From Candidatus Omnitrophota bacterium (GTDB lineage Bacteria > Omnitrophota > Gorgyraeia > 2-01-FULL-45-10), in the NCBI GenBank assembly GCA_028699255.1, contig JAQVUX010000006.1, positions 89,928-153,927 of the forward strand: a DNA stretch of 64,000 nucleotides. The letters are read 5' to 3'. The position numbers were made by a program, and so were the translations under genes. The notes below the pieces were generated by a model that worked only from the letters and a program-made list of their open reading frames with translations, made no database searches and was not told the origin of the DNA. Shown here piece after piece: positions 60,601 through 64,000 of the stretch (positions are counted from its first letter, which is position 1; each line of letters opens with the position of its first letter).

Positions 60601-61077
60601 CTCATATACGGCGAAGTTTACAAAACGCCTCAGCAAGCCGAAGCTTTCATAAGAGCGCTCGGCCTGAACATGGCAAACATAGAGCTCATTGACGGTAATG
60701 CCCTGGGCTATGACAACGATACGATAGTCGCGCAGATAGCGAAGTCTACGCCCGGATTAAATGAAGCAAAGATAGGCATAAGAGCGGCTGTAGGCCAGAT
60801 TAAGGGTAGGCCTACTAAAGGCAAGCTATTGGAAGTGCCGTCAGTCACCATAGGCGGCAAGAATGTCCTTGTCACGATGAATACGGAAAAGGTATTAGTC
60901 AGGATGCTGCAACTACCGCCTGATAGTGTCGCGGTGGAAGAGCTCGGTATCCAGGGTCTTGCCTATGATCAGGAGACCAACCGGTATGTGTATCTACAAC
61001 CGATCGTGCCGATCAACTACGCCGAGGAGATAGAGACGTATCGCGCGGCGATATTGGTACTGGCCGCCGCGGCGTAA
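33640..61077 (+). CDS. Giant gene: 27,438-nt uninterrupted ORF encoding a 9,145-aa multi-pass membrane mosaic protein (glycosidase-like + GT35 phosphorylase-like domains, internal repeats)
   Basis: Single open frame in ORF track with no in-frame stop for 27.4 kb; own promoter and RBS; terminator-like hairpin downstream. Confidence 0.85.
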   Translation: MLAWQSKTFIKGGLVSNDVSVREELGNASLIMDWRSPHNKWWMRIVAVTLTLCFIYQDVVWAQDGQPVWSKPANEKWGQSPSGTVPISLNTNIAIPKDIATTKEAYNGSNSSSPKTIIQIQDAHASLAAQESISSILDSLVTNYDLKLVAVEGSSGYIDTSILKTFPDEGIRRNTAEYLMQKGKMSAGEFYSVTSNKNIALYGIEDKDLYKANVEEFKKIYEANQSVRKDITGLINTLKAIEDKVYSKELKALEDNSVLNTNGKVSFTDRWAYISALASKVGIDINGKMSQSKGTVPFGDSPLFPNLSKLVESIKLEKEISFDKANKERDALIDVLSKSITKTELEKLVLNSLSFKQGKITQGEYYVFLQGLANDNNVSPLKYKNLINFTDYITLYESIDLLEIFEEAKVLEDAIKDRLYTSPDQRKLHDLLKCANFIKDIFDLKLTNSDFEYLAKSLKTWNADTIAQFIEETGNRVGYTSGNRVGNLRGCTGDDGYDLDNIFSNLPIAIQFYNTAERRNNVILNNTISRMNKEGQTVAALITGGYHTKGISELLKQKETSYLVILPKFDASKPERPYVAILTNKKDNYEELLESGKYQLLTDNYLKDGIQDPKKIEGFIKEIVVVSIGQAAIERKDIASVKKLWIESYRRSYEALMEKGIVKKPSSEPGAAEGSSEKFSKPGLGKGNRFYKPGLESQEQGYGDQHIATTTNFSPVALEKFIQLIDDINAIRISDAVAVVELGDTRWTIAISSDNTITRREPTPAELRGFNSQLRKIASQPASTEHVPSAAQRVKILEGTTRDLLIDAIVERMHGVSTEESFDDAVRGKTAYTNLTVDGQREIRQAVMNRFKPIETAQKVTVVSRIPEAFITRNAQAKKNKEERRGKIEVIVKDAGQDGITITKILSQLTAQGVTVSRSTVFNDLKELAAKSDAVITIEKASGKANIYRIRPQATPVPEAAPIETPQAVAPVAEVTPAPAVEAAPAPETPELSPEEISQAVDEGLARLTRQNDGFEHALIRSKFTTNAENKLLATVEILVDSRGVPRYLADEKNTISDEERNTLTEVAVTVDDTGRINPETIEVSSPEKSKLSDQAKTTLQQITAKYNKQLPSSLRIIAKRAVSAVTHFMENAWSAAKEHLESISPEQKRVYLIVFIMGIAGVVSALMFTYLACIGNLNISPVSLRTTEGGINLIAALGISAIIRKSAVSRIPEAFITRNAQAKKNKEERRGKIEVIVKDAGQDGITITKILSQLTAQGVTVSRSTVFNDLKELAAKSDAVITIEKASGKANIYRIRPQATPVPEAAPIETPQAVAPVAEVTPAPAVEAAPAPETPELSPEEISQAVDEGLARLTRQNDGFEHALIRSKFTTNAENKLLATVEILVDSRGVPRYLADEKNTISDEERNTLTEVAVTVDDTGRINPENIEVFHGKELSDQAKTTLQQIIAKYNKQLPYSLRIFAKRAWNAAREKLGSVLSIQKISPDFLARTISYTLAGSLILALFVFWQPAAFTGFVHNVEWFLGTVVSSTSLSYHGVSLSAGKIMLALSMFELVATPITLGLKIMLKRAGMAEDVPVVDATSTADEINAAMKARFGYTVDELQAAMEAQALKRATGEQGEVALKKIRALFEGFGHDKWQLLRTYKLLESGWFDTLGVLAAASRRQRLGPVLNFINNMINPIELLKIIYGFYPAFYLEKIKRSFQSGGAELLQLNEKQAEQAMPMFGTSDTRELVLDIFARSVMPRIGNTKSVSSYMWTGGLQYVSAVWADSIYIKGTLQFIKARLTLAFASRVGSILILTPLSWMFNLNGQWLAGAAQKFFSGQMGLQLPVPGAVPGVANLASNENFLFGFIPGIAKTMAPINYAGVMAREFIISGAAKQLTLAAVAGAFSTTFVLRIFAGARRLYSDYRQTGKINIAKYMTTAAIVAMVMSIGKSTWGMWLVNVEIPMVLGQAAVADRVMFGQGGGTYLHDTLALVEGHEGAIGVGNTIFDRTLSMLGIGAPVAEQAPAPATIPSVPQAEKAEAAKVIAPTVEKPLEIAKPVVVPEKAAVKSTVAQAPAPLREKELAQTPSAPITEKAKRVTVFKPVAVTKPVEALPPRVESSEAKTREAALSDNRSRGALAYKTEMAAYDAANNNKDYSGAFAHLDKSINIIEALIKNGNSDLPGMLAQLKATRQDLLQRYAFGDPDGYKNTIAAYIEINARYDSDLKKYNAAAKAGNAKDALKYATLCASEIREMLAAGAAKLYPQLERASKKWSDIENYQRTKSASPVVKSQETAKVTTKDELAENAIQYWAESQILRGRYLEAIQKTANLKAEYDNYINKSIKLRGISPVIDARLKTLAGEIAASQRAEKNALKAMSALKDAAEKKEADIKSFRYKNLLKAYSIANDHYAKAAGDRELALEYLEEMIIIAGKMAQLYDKNADVKELLKQLQARVPVRYPILANSYLNVIRQLTFANKNGKIDSLTLQKASFKLNKEILKELQAIKTTPRFVRTREERLYDGRALGNEKSEWPRREIKDINEEIKIIEQFVADNEAKLRAKDLQYKFLRGEKSFSDYKKEAAAIFSKFGFKISIPAREADARSAIIEDAIVTEQIAASSVRSQLQEISEELGRRTLTPQNKGYVRRDSLRQAIQSRLDEVNGRIKSLQVAEKAVKEGKPLPKGLDLPVIELEEPKADMAKLRPLLVEPTVEMLGIPHAPAELKPFVADIIKQGLGIDNPSDKSIDILAHLFSRYFETHYFVHADERAQYFKLMTAILRELKAQGFFESQEVLLPGEEMSSMWSANLSGPVSNSEVQLLTKTFPEKRSELSVINRLGFASSMACHIMRVRYIDNSAPDNLLSDLQAVPEGQMDNYVKLLVSNILKLKPRMESAIGMSVSISSLGRTGWGCVMSAAVYLSAARSVNLSPVINSGKDRFDVRGLVFPSFGIDADSVPSSWLKKAVGPGGSIRENAEFYGPDNDKERILIGPTFDNADLNMIPVSIILGKRAEQGAIETLTNLWNFKGIYRVDDNVSEAIRIREILSVYLEYMGEPSDAEIAASPELRNEFAEWDRIIAQSNDPYVRQKEMSAKDEARQEMRDSILLGNAMYWWERARKERHDFSVAEFRELMKQVKADSVDAIQILKLIHGKDYQPDFHRAADMGWLISYSLPRLLESKESADKTVPAQGPVSPRGMSRIEAFNLLLDADKDGNLRDLTEKYLAKTGSLVNYGKLTPTALLDPQVWGKIQFLASNYLEGKEAPSAVKNFAGMVKARIRMIDAAERLGQTKDKVISVYEGTREEALKAYINSQESAHRRVMGARPVSDAMRRAWEKRFASQWDLYHTMKKAYIETKASEYKKDAGVSDVPKELFSIWGSEFPGMYWEGNLSSEAENFEKKATEKQVEKEIIVRPPTEEIKSIKTPVAKPAAQPASEKGAQTIPAIPSFARMLFNALIGQHPANIDSLAPKDYPVWGISTADNPENPEQYEELGAPIGSKDRANKGYPDKQIITPYAAVLALDCAPKEAVRNITQILNRYPQAIGKYGPYDSIDLKSGAVSNTYVADNKGMEFITIANYFSGGAVQKYFSGSSIVKQALPLLNENFSRMKMPDGLSLEKNISKEEKETLLKLEKAAWDYFADNSNASTNWLPPNRINSGESKSYTSITNIGLYLAGIVAAEKRGYITSDEAKDRLSKALDAISKLDTWNGLFRNYYDLGTLKSSTKSDRLISPVDNGWLAAGLIVAGEAHPELKDKAHGVVTGMQFGHLYDKNAGNLVNNYDENSGPASSHYGLIYTEIRPTLIIAIGLGKLNKDPSVPIVPETAWHSTARTLPADWDWQAQRPDDSYYSYKVNVNGKEETVCFVPSWGGSMFEGLMPNLFIDNKIYSPKGYAIQDAVYVFLHKYFATGASAQKVETPVTQPVKVAPAEKPAVAVPSPEAKILPIVTREQAVSQESLVSGVPQTPESPLVIPGYISDAIAGAKPGNTADEGVEAVLKLRELLSILADEKVFSIADEGGAFDNALISYEKKRSAELNKLFKGNDKLAKSVLREELKNFAVQYRGGVINSTANTFFFDLGISDPGVVEKIIRADKYIDMVGKSNKHPLSAPEVGNWRKEFLERVYLTEAERKLNEDPKRELLIKRMGERKDLDDWRGSKLSGKAGEAYRYISDLFRLIAYLETAAIDVSEDIKKEEKVQEGRPVDDYAALNTLLEAYRATGKAIPAIEVLAAKTQSADFAFWRSARDHIEELEQLKNTLLTEQDFAKRPDEITRILEKAKDLRSYAKKDPVRGLLIQQFVDLADPENPAKAITADDKKTYVNESPSNMAFAKVNALLLGMDQVIKMMKKNRAEELKTMKEFSDTMFEERIRIAEELRAHELKASEFNEDWQKNKTGWAGRVWSRMFGSSAESRAIEAERKRSDDFRTALYDYSVLYNCYLSRQKTPFETAIAEAQFLYEKLTKERTRENIADLEWYEAARAAKKELFYKTYLQMVSKSVGRELKGGDLSFMFKEITLDPYMRRQKDNYKQKLGNDYPENVKEQMGERFVSDKIAEYVKLEALVMELEANLRKNQEIPEYAPQFSRGITTATYMEYDEKNMSYDEKARNIREWFKDASLCQRFAKKYLGYYFGYYTLQHVVRTMREDDRATPVLFEKPDRAEANFKSKYSTDLAYKNYGPRLNNMHDTGYALRVTFDAVDDNRYDLLLKELDRINGGKASGEIRMVRDEAVERLGSFHNELAKLLLRFYNSKPRESVERDVTELEKEALAGIIENLTINLETRNKEYADANKKIWENAAERQELIKEVRRNRKRGYDSLERFDRTNTVGRLSIEMNDALKVANRVMPPDAKISINQERIDYFVTQCMESGMTPMEQVDIAFIKPQALRKIYVEIFGKEPTPHQWEDIRFYVESKMDLDGWTEDNVRVCIVYGEYIREIYKTLPGARQPNDGETKMLVEHMLKNGILPINTNVREMNIEPNRITVKALIEKRLAPERVIKLTADILTTLERKEYGKLSGEEEFINQVFYLMGYVLDTNIVEKPEDAKPSYNKEALVKNIGDRLKGLNIEGSGYTTQELAGKIVDNIINRGLQADNFPALVDRLLQMKTRINKVDDIIRDKKTKAKSEGREFEFNEEQRADIVPISENDLNILAVLDDSRQNRSDGIGIAEIAGFKRDSSAWKRLKEDVKKPIDALWGGLLNSEAESRYNAIRGKIIDAAFARYKGKYTKEYLGSMVDRLIRAGLYTPEGELTEVAKIAGLQKAVLSMRGVEPSSDTEELKRQLDRIRDNAPEDILEKAELAAWQKTAQLFGVSDIAATKVGIKEQLAARLLTLEKNIKEAAELAGLRALATEEFGINNPGRNIIEATDQIQRSARENKVPFVNESEYLVDLRAKAGALGVTTRAGASNEKELLNKAIAEAEEKLPRTLKYYADNAFLRYFAAEIGVSAKSGDETSVRKEAADEARAKAEVMLNEAKLEGLKTEARLLGITSADSDAEGLQAQIDAEARSIKTKESEVLDKVKTGLSVDSTAMFKSMAKIGIISSVVTLSLSLLGYVIRNLRKWLNLLRAKPQAAEQPQEAARAAVPAPQAVPVSPGAPIEPQIAPTAPVPATIVDNTKNTERKFWSKGLWDMSFMMMKLSVQISVAYSLLFKGPVSPFAGWAFNFGALGTFLKSVWAYFFTSGIIDFDSFGVFLQSASHDLQALAPFAAVGLAIGVVTLIMNQVVKYGRQSVGIRILKEKPGFAGTLHLIAKSAFLAPVLAFASYFFISKGNLIATSGAGNAIWLFSSPVIVLGAIFAIIYVSNKLLIKAFPRSSTLRSISVLGITVAGIATIAMFLPGGLFSNFANVFTFGVYAYIIGKFSFRTFEFISSALQIPARFVWDREGEKAWSKEALWDGWKHFKGSLNNFVFEGVLFSTTMVYVFVTQNMFTSVGWLVALGAALYYYSNNSAASLTAGQVFYIGKNFVKTTSFALSIYFFAQIGIALSGGAAVASISQNLGYIVLITVINIFVDTLRRSIFGKDYIGTPKEAVISKTGKGDAENTVVQVQNTRNEYGEAVISSLGVLFRSFANNRSAVGSAIFTSDTAQGPLKTMELILASMEQLRHGESSAFIAGRNNLPGVTGPAHGKKWGGYQQFFVALYFGFMHHIAYTGRENDQRDQIFVYEKGGKKFFGEHLKNSRRTYGDDSVRDSNDNIREVLIEEEDCDFYIKLKEGDNKFVYEEIVVVDNNNPSQNLTGVVFDTRHYLIDCENKDKILRVVADGIFEFKKDVENYNGKPGAWVLVAKTDQIKLTEDGYLIDPENAVKDIKDFYGNILPKRVRPAIVQQVTGKDINGNRRVLRLEKTGDIIDPITGKKAGTIFDKSAQKMYYGVDANYNRTNLLMTSKLFRKGEWEYVDDTTKDAVRDTTTGIIYKKGPYTNLAMDKNTGAMFLKFAGKTLDFGDGRLIPLERVRAFSPESVNPLVDNIIKRRGEFLIHGDNLVTDNNGQPVKVKDFWGEDVLISLDNAYVDSHGNLIHSNVTELLAVKEAWEIDPYTGDAVVKGSGFRGDGHILAAKNKWVADKDGKLYARGITQSEADYAAKTGVYGLLDKLNLGLTGVENNWYIEDPEHRLPLAGYPVQRVRNGWVVNEGKGFSLDASGNVVYTPNWLRVGWLSDETFGELPALTIPASNVKSISKDITKINYAKDNRLEHIEILADFGSYYKDDKGSYYKRRKVGYLDEISGEPVWYGEAPPGTVRLDLKGGLWVDTPDSLDLTAWAGRGYEIGIAQNGNLVAIKALADKAEYEIDRVTGNARITSGANKGQQYRVGTFLRVGEYGSYRFILSLEPRKTQLPYDIYPDIQGIGADGLISSDHLMANPTLMEYLVQAPQRPRAIDQTDSENEIMDNDTAEKLSVAVRNREGFDPDKLYYTIFGILQRELYMTNAGESEYAYLGGTAHDMLNYIAAMNKWSFEESSAYGKMFDVLGIYALNVIFTEAIPPFARCHDHWEALKAYALLLPGFWRDKERFVGDEYLSPNIVKMAQVQGWMPGDITLFYYEISALKVILDALSGLWPKASRSIDDLHEKHPFSAGSGKAMSIILYGAFGTLAFAVWLMALGVVSVLVPGLREAQDAWRSNLLFGIVMLVMIEISKAVISGIKRLFEQERNDYIVRLFGKDIVISKALVNLIFTAFFVALTIDVGYLGLSPLISKTIAPNIASGKSVVGDAAAYFAIAFGITNALIYFWSMSVTALKNNKAIRRAPILYQPGKDKAYSWAKSVTRYLIIPAILASAMFAIGHFFPDHSPLALIRDQFVHLKYVPSARFVPALVNMIFYNIVPYILPFYLIMGNLSSIAARYLEKKFGWQLLYVNTDIYDVSYKAQWETLNSTNLLMVWLFYQPMAFFKSLFVVGVKRLEPAWVTAAKLALEYSGGYKLWESWTGKDFKVNKQMLFAVIPAVIFACFTWKTDSWFGYTMYGIWLAYIIWISGTQKTPTALILPVVFSLTLLLATAVMGLDSSIVLMGFPIYIWSFLFAPYKNWTTGMFGGSPHYSTNSMVEATRQIRVWEQRYLLGMGKPVEDSEAVKKIIGLDKFFRDGKNEPTMLNQRDKLRLLLFHLTNINLNINPIFEQYIDKALEARRPEEEARLRTKGFIVESRRWPRFQEFDKSRERAFAILDELRGNAALRTQYGNEKLEQLINEEKNRWILRDAVNKAIIRRAHELAGIKRLREKDWDTLSVLTRLEILLELLKSKDIDVRSAADNALTTLGAADNRNVAETTALMNALAAIINRMGPRAYNITDWEKLRRSEQSGFINSVLKYFSITGARAKYIRTLSKPFRKSTAPATSPVVMKGGVEGGRYEIVTADIIDGAIQNYNGVGYEDTDTKLRQDLNNAIKRIFTLDGFSEEAKTKIAAKIMSLLGDQASINALLQNKKLRVVEGNDRLMHFTESADTITLDIDALLHNNDLLFMELVHELLHAKLAATQTRAGPAADLATRIQEEIEVTTQEVELFLAFPKDAQDRILAALAADNDLDDRNFRQILVKAQAEGLSTRIKTDIERYVGTLGSVEYALPPQATWSLEKNAPELVGKTIVTLSMEGNIPEFEGYAAQNANTKGGLGAYFGDKLEGLSKVGATAYGITPRYAMAGDQNVEADYRELVRKGILKRVQGRDGKPLTLRVSAWDEWDKDNADNNPVYDVEVYVVNRGGTPLYVLSMPMVFDSLYTDNRLHRYTQEIVFGKAAFQLMEKLGLPPDILHLNEAHTVVAAALIKADIAKAKWARENLGSSRKSVFENKNMKVVLTNHTLVSAGMEMHQPEHMYNANIDRMRAILEIPAEVAGQYGSMFLKRHILDSEDHPISPASLSAIGVRLNEKGEPADADSWKRFNAAGCKYRMIVDFCYAAFKLADEMNAVSEEHALATTNLFKALYGNEFNKKVTGILNGSGNTWKNRELLNAETGNNVPDSNALYDIHEKGKKEAYAEIEARTGVKLNPDKPTVWLVRRLVEYKSQYPILRFIVPIICSGRGEVFTREKLMRIWMEDIPAMSGADANRRYNRDMHAKANRILDMLFAGKTEIRGLDMQMVIAGPEYEHGWVKRFKSWHAKYDGNFVYVPNSDAKLLKMQAIGSDVCLTIPRPLEEACGTSDQRSGMNGGVTVSINGAGPAEWVTEFNEATLEGNGFLIGSYTKMTPQGLEADIDGFYADAPADVFNKLTICSRLFYERGTNPAWKQLMHNSYTAANYGALSKKAVTAKAMEERYAVRVYAPALKAAAEVSQQQVVAASAISILAVAASTPLGSFVNQVINNSLDAIGMPHWLAGVIIIAALGIAAVIKIKKAVISSKITVGIPPSAITTRKAAIETILSSAGGKYEVVTVDNIASFADESAGRGTARIFIDNDISEEAIKEHILLAKLATNYSGVLATANIDRALVKEITDLIKDILGDDAMSLNAAEIFSRVSEAVKDSVKKEKIARLAGLVVTQSQNLTSFANNHSPRFNPSARKEDSAIATAATDTIAAKSLEFADDVRRNAAEGRKTSLIYGEVYKTPQQAEAFIRALGLNMANIELIDGNALGYDNDTIVAQIAKSTPGLNEAKIGIRAAVGQIKGRPTKGKLLEVPSVTIGGKNVLVTMNTEKVLVRMLQLPPDSVAVEELGIQGLAYDQETNRYVYLQPIVPINYAEEIETYRAAILVLAAAA
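33991..36267. repeat. 2.28-kb long direct repeat, copy 1 (5' region of giant gene 1)
   Basis: Near-identical to 61724..64000 (offset 27,733 bp); spot-checked lines identical. Confidence 0.9.
36225..37262. repeat. Intragenic tandem repeat unit 1 (1,038 bp = 346 aa) within giant gene
   Basis: First ~690 bp near-identical to 37263..37928; identical antisense ORFs at +1038 offset in track. Confidence 0.9.
37263..38040. repeat. Intragenic tandem repeat unit 2 (partial, diverging after ~690 bp)
   Basis: See unit 1. Confidence 0.85.
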
Positions 61078-61118
61078 TTTAGGATTTGTAACAAGGGTAG
61101 GGAGATTACCCTAACAAA

Positions 61119-61171
61119 CCATCCCCGTTTCTTGAGGGCTTTTGCCAAGCGGTCTTCAAGAGCGGGGATGG
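61119..61171 (+). terminator. Imperfect hairpin CCATCCCCG...CGGGGATGG downstream of giant gene 1 (weak T-tract)
   Basis: 9-bp perfect outer arms with longer imperfect stem, 41 nt after stop. Confidence 0.4.
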
Positions 61172-61207
61172 ACTATTTTAAGGTATAAAATAGTTAGATT
61201 TACCATA

Positions 61208-61235
61208 TTGACATGCCGATTTAATATGGTATAAT
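61208..61235 (+). promoter_or_regulatory. Consensus sigma70-type promoter TTGACA-16-TATAAT upstream of second giant gene
   Basis: Hexamers at 61208..61213 and 61230..61235. Confidence 0.5.
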
Positions 61236-61259
61236 TATGTAAACGTTAAAAAAGTTATA

Positions 61260-61281
61260 TTTTCCACCCCGGGGTGGAAAA
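61260..61281. promoter_or_regulatory. 22-bp perfect palindrome TTTTCCACCCC|GGGGTGGAAAA in leader of second giant gene (same core as 16326..16351)
   Basis: Seen directly; lies ~25 nt downstream of -10 and 28 nt upstream of TTG start. Confidence 0.5.
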
Positions 61282-61308
61282 ACAGAAGACTTGGCATAAG
61301 GAGGCAGT

Positions 61309-64000
61309 TTTGTTAGAAGCTTGGCACTCAAAAAATACGCTTGGCACACGCGAGGAGCTCGGCAACGCCTCTCTCATCATGGACTGGAGAAGTCCGCACA
61401 ATAAGTGGTGGATGAGGCTGGTGGCCGTAACTCTGACCCTTTGCTTTATATACCAAGATGTGGTATGGGCGCAGGATGGACAGCCCGTATGGTCTAAGCC
61501 GGTTAATGAGAAATGGGGACAGTCCCCTTCGGGGACAGTTCCCATTTCTTTAAATGCTAATATAGCAATACCGAAAGACATAGCTACGGTAAAAGAGGCG
61601 TACAAAGCCTCATCCATCCCTCGACGCGGCCAAAATTATTCTTCGAGCCTGGCCGAAGACCGTGTCGAGAAGGATAATTTTGGCCTTGCTCGGGATGAAT
61701 CTGAATCAAAATCAAAAACCGTGATTCAGATCCAGGACGCCCACGCATCTTTAGCCGCCCAGGAATCCATATCCTCGATACTCGACTCGTTAGTTACCAA
61801 CTACGATCTTAAGCTCGTAGCTGTGGAAGGCTCATCAGGCTACATCGATACCTCGATCTTAAAGACATTCCCCGACGAAGGAATCCGCAGGAACACCGCA
61901 GAATATCTTATGCAGAAAGGTAAGATGTCGGCCGGAGAGTTCTATTCGGTTACAAGTAACAAGAATATCGCTTTATACGGCATAGAAGACAAAGATTTAT
62001 ACAAAGCTAACGTTGAAGAGTTCAAGAAGATATACGAGGCTAATCAGTCTGTCCGGAAAGACATCACAGGTCTTATAAATACCCTCAAAGCCATAGAAGA
62101 CAAGGTCTACTCCAAAGAGTTAAAAGCCCTCGAGGATAACTCCGTATTAAACACCAACGGCAAGGTATCTTTTACAGACAGATGGGCGTATATAAGCGCT
62201 CTTGCCTCAAAGGTCGGTATAGATATAAATGGAAAAATGTCCCAGTCCAAGGGGACAGTCCCCTTCGGGGACAGTCCCCTTTTTCCCAACCTTTCAAAAC
62301 TCGTCGAATCTATAAAGCTTGAAAAAGAGATCTCCTTCGATAAGGCCAACAAAGAGCGCGATGCCTTAATCGACGTCTTAAGTAAATCGATAACTAAGAC
62401 AGAATTGGAGAAGCTCGTATTAAACTCCCTCTCATTCAAACAGGGCAAGATAACCCAGGGCGAATACTACGTATTCCTCCAGGGACTGGCCAATGACAAC
62501 AACGTATCACCCTTAAAGTACAAGAACCTCATAAACTTCACCGACTACATCACCCTCTATGAGTCGATAGACTTACTCGAGATATTCGAAGAGGCTAAAG
62601 TATTGGAAGATGCCATCAAAGACAGGCTCTACACTTCCCCCGACCAGAGGAAGTTACACGACCTATTGAAGTGCGCTAACTTTATCAAAGACATCTTCGA
62701 TCTTAAACTTACCAACTCCGACTTCGAATACTTGGCCAAGAGCTTAAAGACATGGAATGCGGATACGATTGCCCAATTCATTGAGGAAACAGGTAACCGC
62801 GTAGGTTACACCTCCGGTAACCGCGTAGGTAACCTACGCGGTTGTACTGGTGACGATGGTTACGACCTCGATAACATCTTCTCGAATCTGCCCATAGCCA
62901 TACAATTCTACAATACCGCGGAAAGACGTAACAACGTCATCCTGAATAACACCATATCCCGTATGAATAAAGAAGGCCAGACAGTAGCGGCCCTTATCAC
63001 AGGCGGCTACCACACCAAAGGTATATCCGAGCTACTAAAGCAGAAAGAGACCTCCTATTTAGTAATATTACCTAAGTTCGACGCCTCAAAGCCTGAAAGG
63101 CCCTACGTAGCTATACTGACCAATAAGAAAGACAACTATGAAGAGCTATTGGAATCGGGTAAGTACCAGCTATTAACCGATAACTACTTAAAAGACGGCA
63201 TCCAGGACCCCAAGAAGATAGAAGGCTTTATTAAAGAGATAGTGGTTGTATCCATAGGCCAGGCGGCCATAGAGCGTAAAGACATCGCCAGTGTCAAGAA
63301 GCTGTGGATCGAGAGCTATCGCAGGTCGTACGAGGCCCTTATGGAGAAGGGGATAGTAAAGAAACCATCTTCCGAACCTGGTGCGGCAGAAGGTTCCAGC
63401 GAAAAGTTTTCCAAACCAGGTTTGGGCAAAGGAAACCGTTTCTACAAACCTGGTTTGGAAAGCCAGGAACAAGGTTATGGCGACCAGCATATAGCGACGA
63501 CGACGAACTTTAGTCCGGTTGCTCTCGAGAAATTTATTCAACTTATAGACGATATAAATGCCATCCGGATTAGCGATGCTGTGGCGGTTGTAGAGCTGGG
63601 CGATACGCGCTGGACGATAGCGATATCAAGCGATAACACGATAACGCGACGTGAACCAACGCCCGCTGAGCTACGAGGATTTAATTCGCAACTGAGAAAA
63701 ATCGCGTCGCAACCCGCTTCTACCGAACATGTTCCATCCGCCGCGCAACGTGTCAAAATCCTTGAGGGCACGACACGGGACTTATTGATCGACGCTATCG
63801 TAGAAAGAATGCATGGCGTTTCCACTGAAGAGTCGTTCGACGACGCTGTCCGCGGGAAAACAGCCTATACGAATTTGACCGTAGACGGCCAAAGAGAGAT
63901 ACGGCAAGCGGTTATGAATAGATTTAAACCTATCGAAACCGCCCAAAAAGTTACTGTCGTCTCGCGTATTCCCGAAGCGTTCATAACAAGAAACGCTCAA
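61309..64000 (+). CDS. Second giant gene, 5' partial view (TTG start with AGGAGG RBS); paralog of 33640..61077, continues beyond window
   Basis: Translation 'LLEAWHSKNTLGTREELGNASLIMDWRSPHNKWWMRLVAVTLTLCFIYQDVVWAQDG...' parallels giant gene 1 N-terminus; open to window end. Confidence 0.75.
61724..64000. repeat. 2.28-kb long direct repeat, copy 2 (5' region of giant gene 2; runs off window)
   Basis: See copy 1. Confidence 0.9.

Noticed and set aside
33640-61077. Possibility that the giant ORF is an assembly chimera of collapsed repeats
   Set aside because: Repeats occupy only ~2.3 kb at the 5' end plus a 1-kb internal tandem; the remaining >23 kb is unique, continuously open sequence, so the ORF is retained but flagged for long-read verification

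Overview
This 64-kb bacterial window ends in a single uninterrupted 27,438-nt ORF (33640..61077, 9,145 aa) encoding a giant multi-pass membrane mosaic protein. It is immediately followed by the start of a second, paralogous giant gene (61309..>64000) whose 5' region is a near-identical 2.28-kb direct repeat of the first.

The gene content (ArsM, ACR3, CcdA, DUF134, NifX-like, archaeal-type ATPase) suggests an uncultivated anaerobe. Lineage cannot be assigned from sequence alone, and resemblance to giant-gene-bearing candidate phyla is only a guess.

Layout, 5' to 3', almost all on the + strand:
- a 5'-partial archaeal-type AAA+ ATPase;
- a 738-bp mini mobile element: a REP-associated Y1/HUH transposase bounded by perfect 18-bp inverted repeats, plus a 3x11-bp tandem repeat;
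- an arsenic/redox detox island: DUF134, ArsP-like permease, ArsM methyltransferase, two thioredoxin-like proteins, CcdA/DsbD, ACR3 and a NifX-like protein;
- a periplasmic Spy/CpxP-like protein, a small Cys-rich secreted protein, an ArsB/NhaD-type permease, a class-A beta-lactamase-like hydrolase, DUF2062 and a P-type cation ATPase;
- a tRNA-binding protein and tRNA-Arg(ACG), followed by hairpin-rich 49-bp direct repeats;
- a FecR-like gene (the only confident minus-strand CDS) and an RlpA-like gene;
- a coiled-coil/ParA-type ATPase operon preceded by a 26-bp perfect palindrome;
- a 913-aa TPR protein with a recent internal duplication, a ROK regulator and a zinc-ribbon protein;
- a TolC-MFP-RND-RND efflux operon.

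By eye, the giant protein has an N-terminal signal-anchor, an internal 1,038-bp tandem repeat, Pro/Ala-rich linkers and long helical stretches. It has two multi-TM blocks flanking a beta-rich region. It also carries a six-hairpin-glycosidase-like segment and a C-terminal GT35 (alpha-glucan phosphorylase)-like domain in which the PLP lysine appears replaced by Arg.

All functional calls are from motif recognition by eye; no database searches were run.
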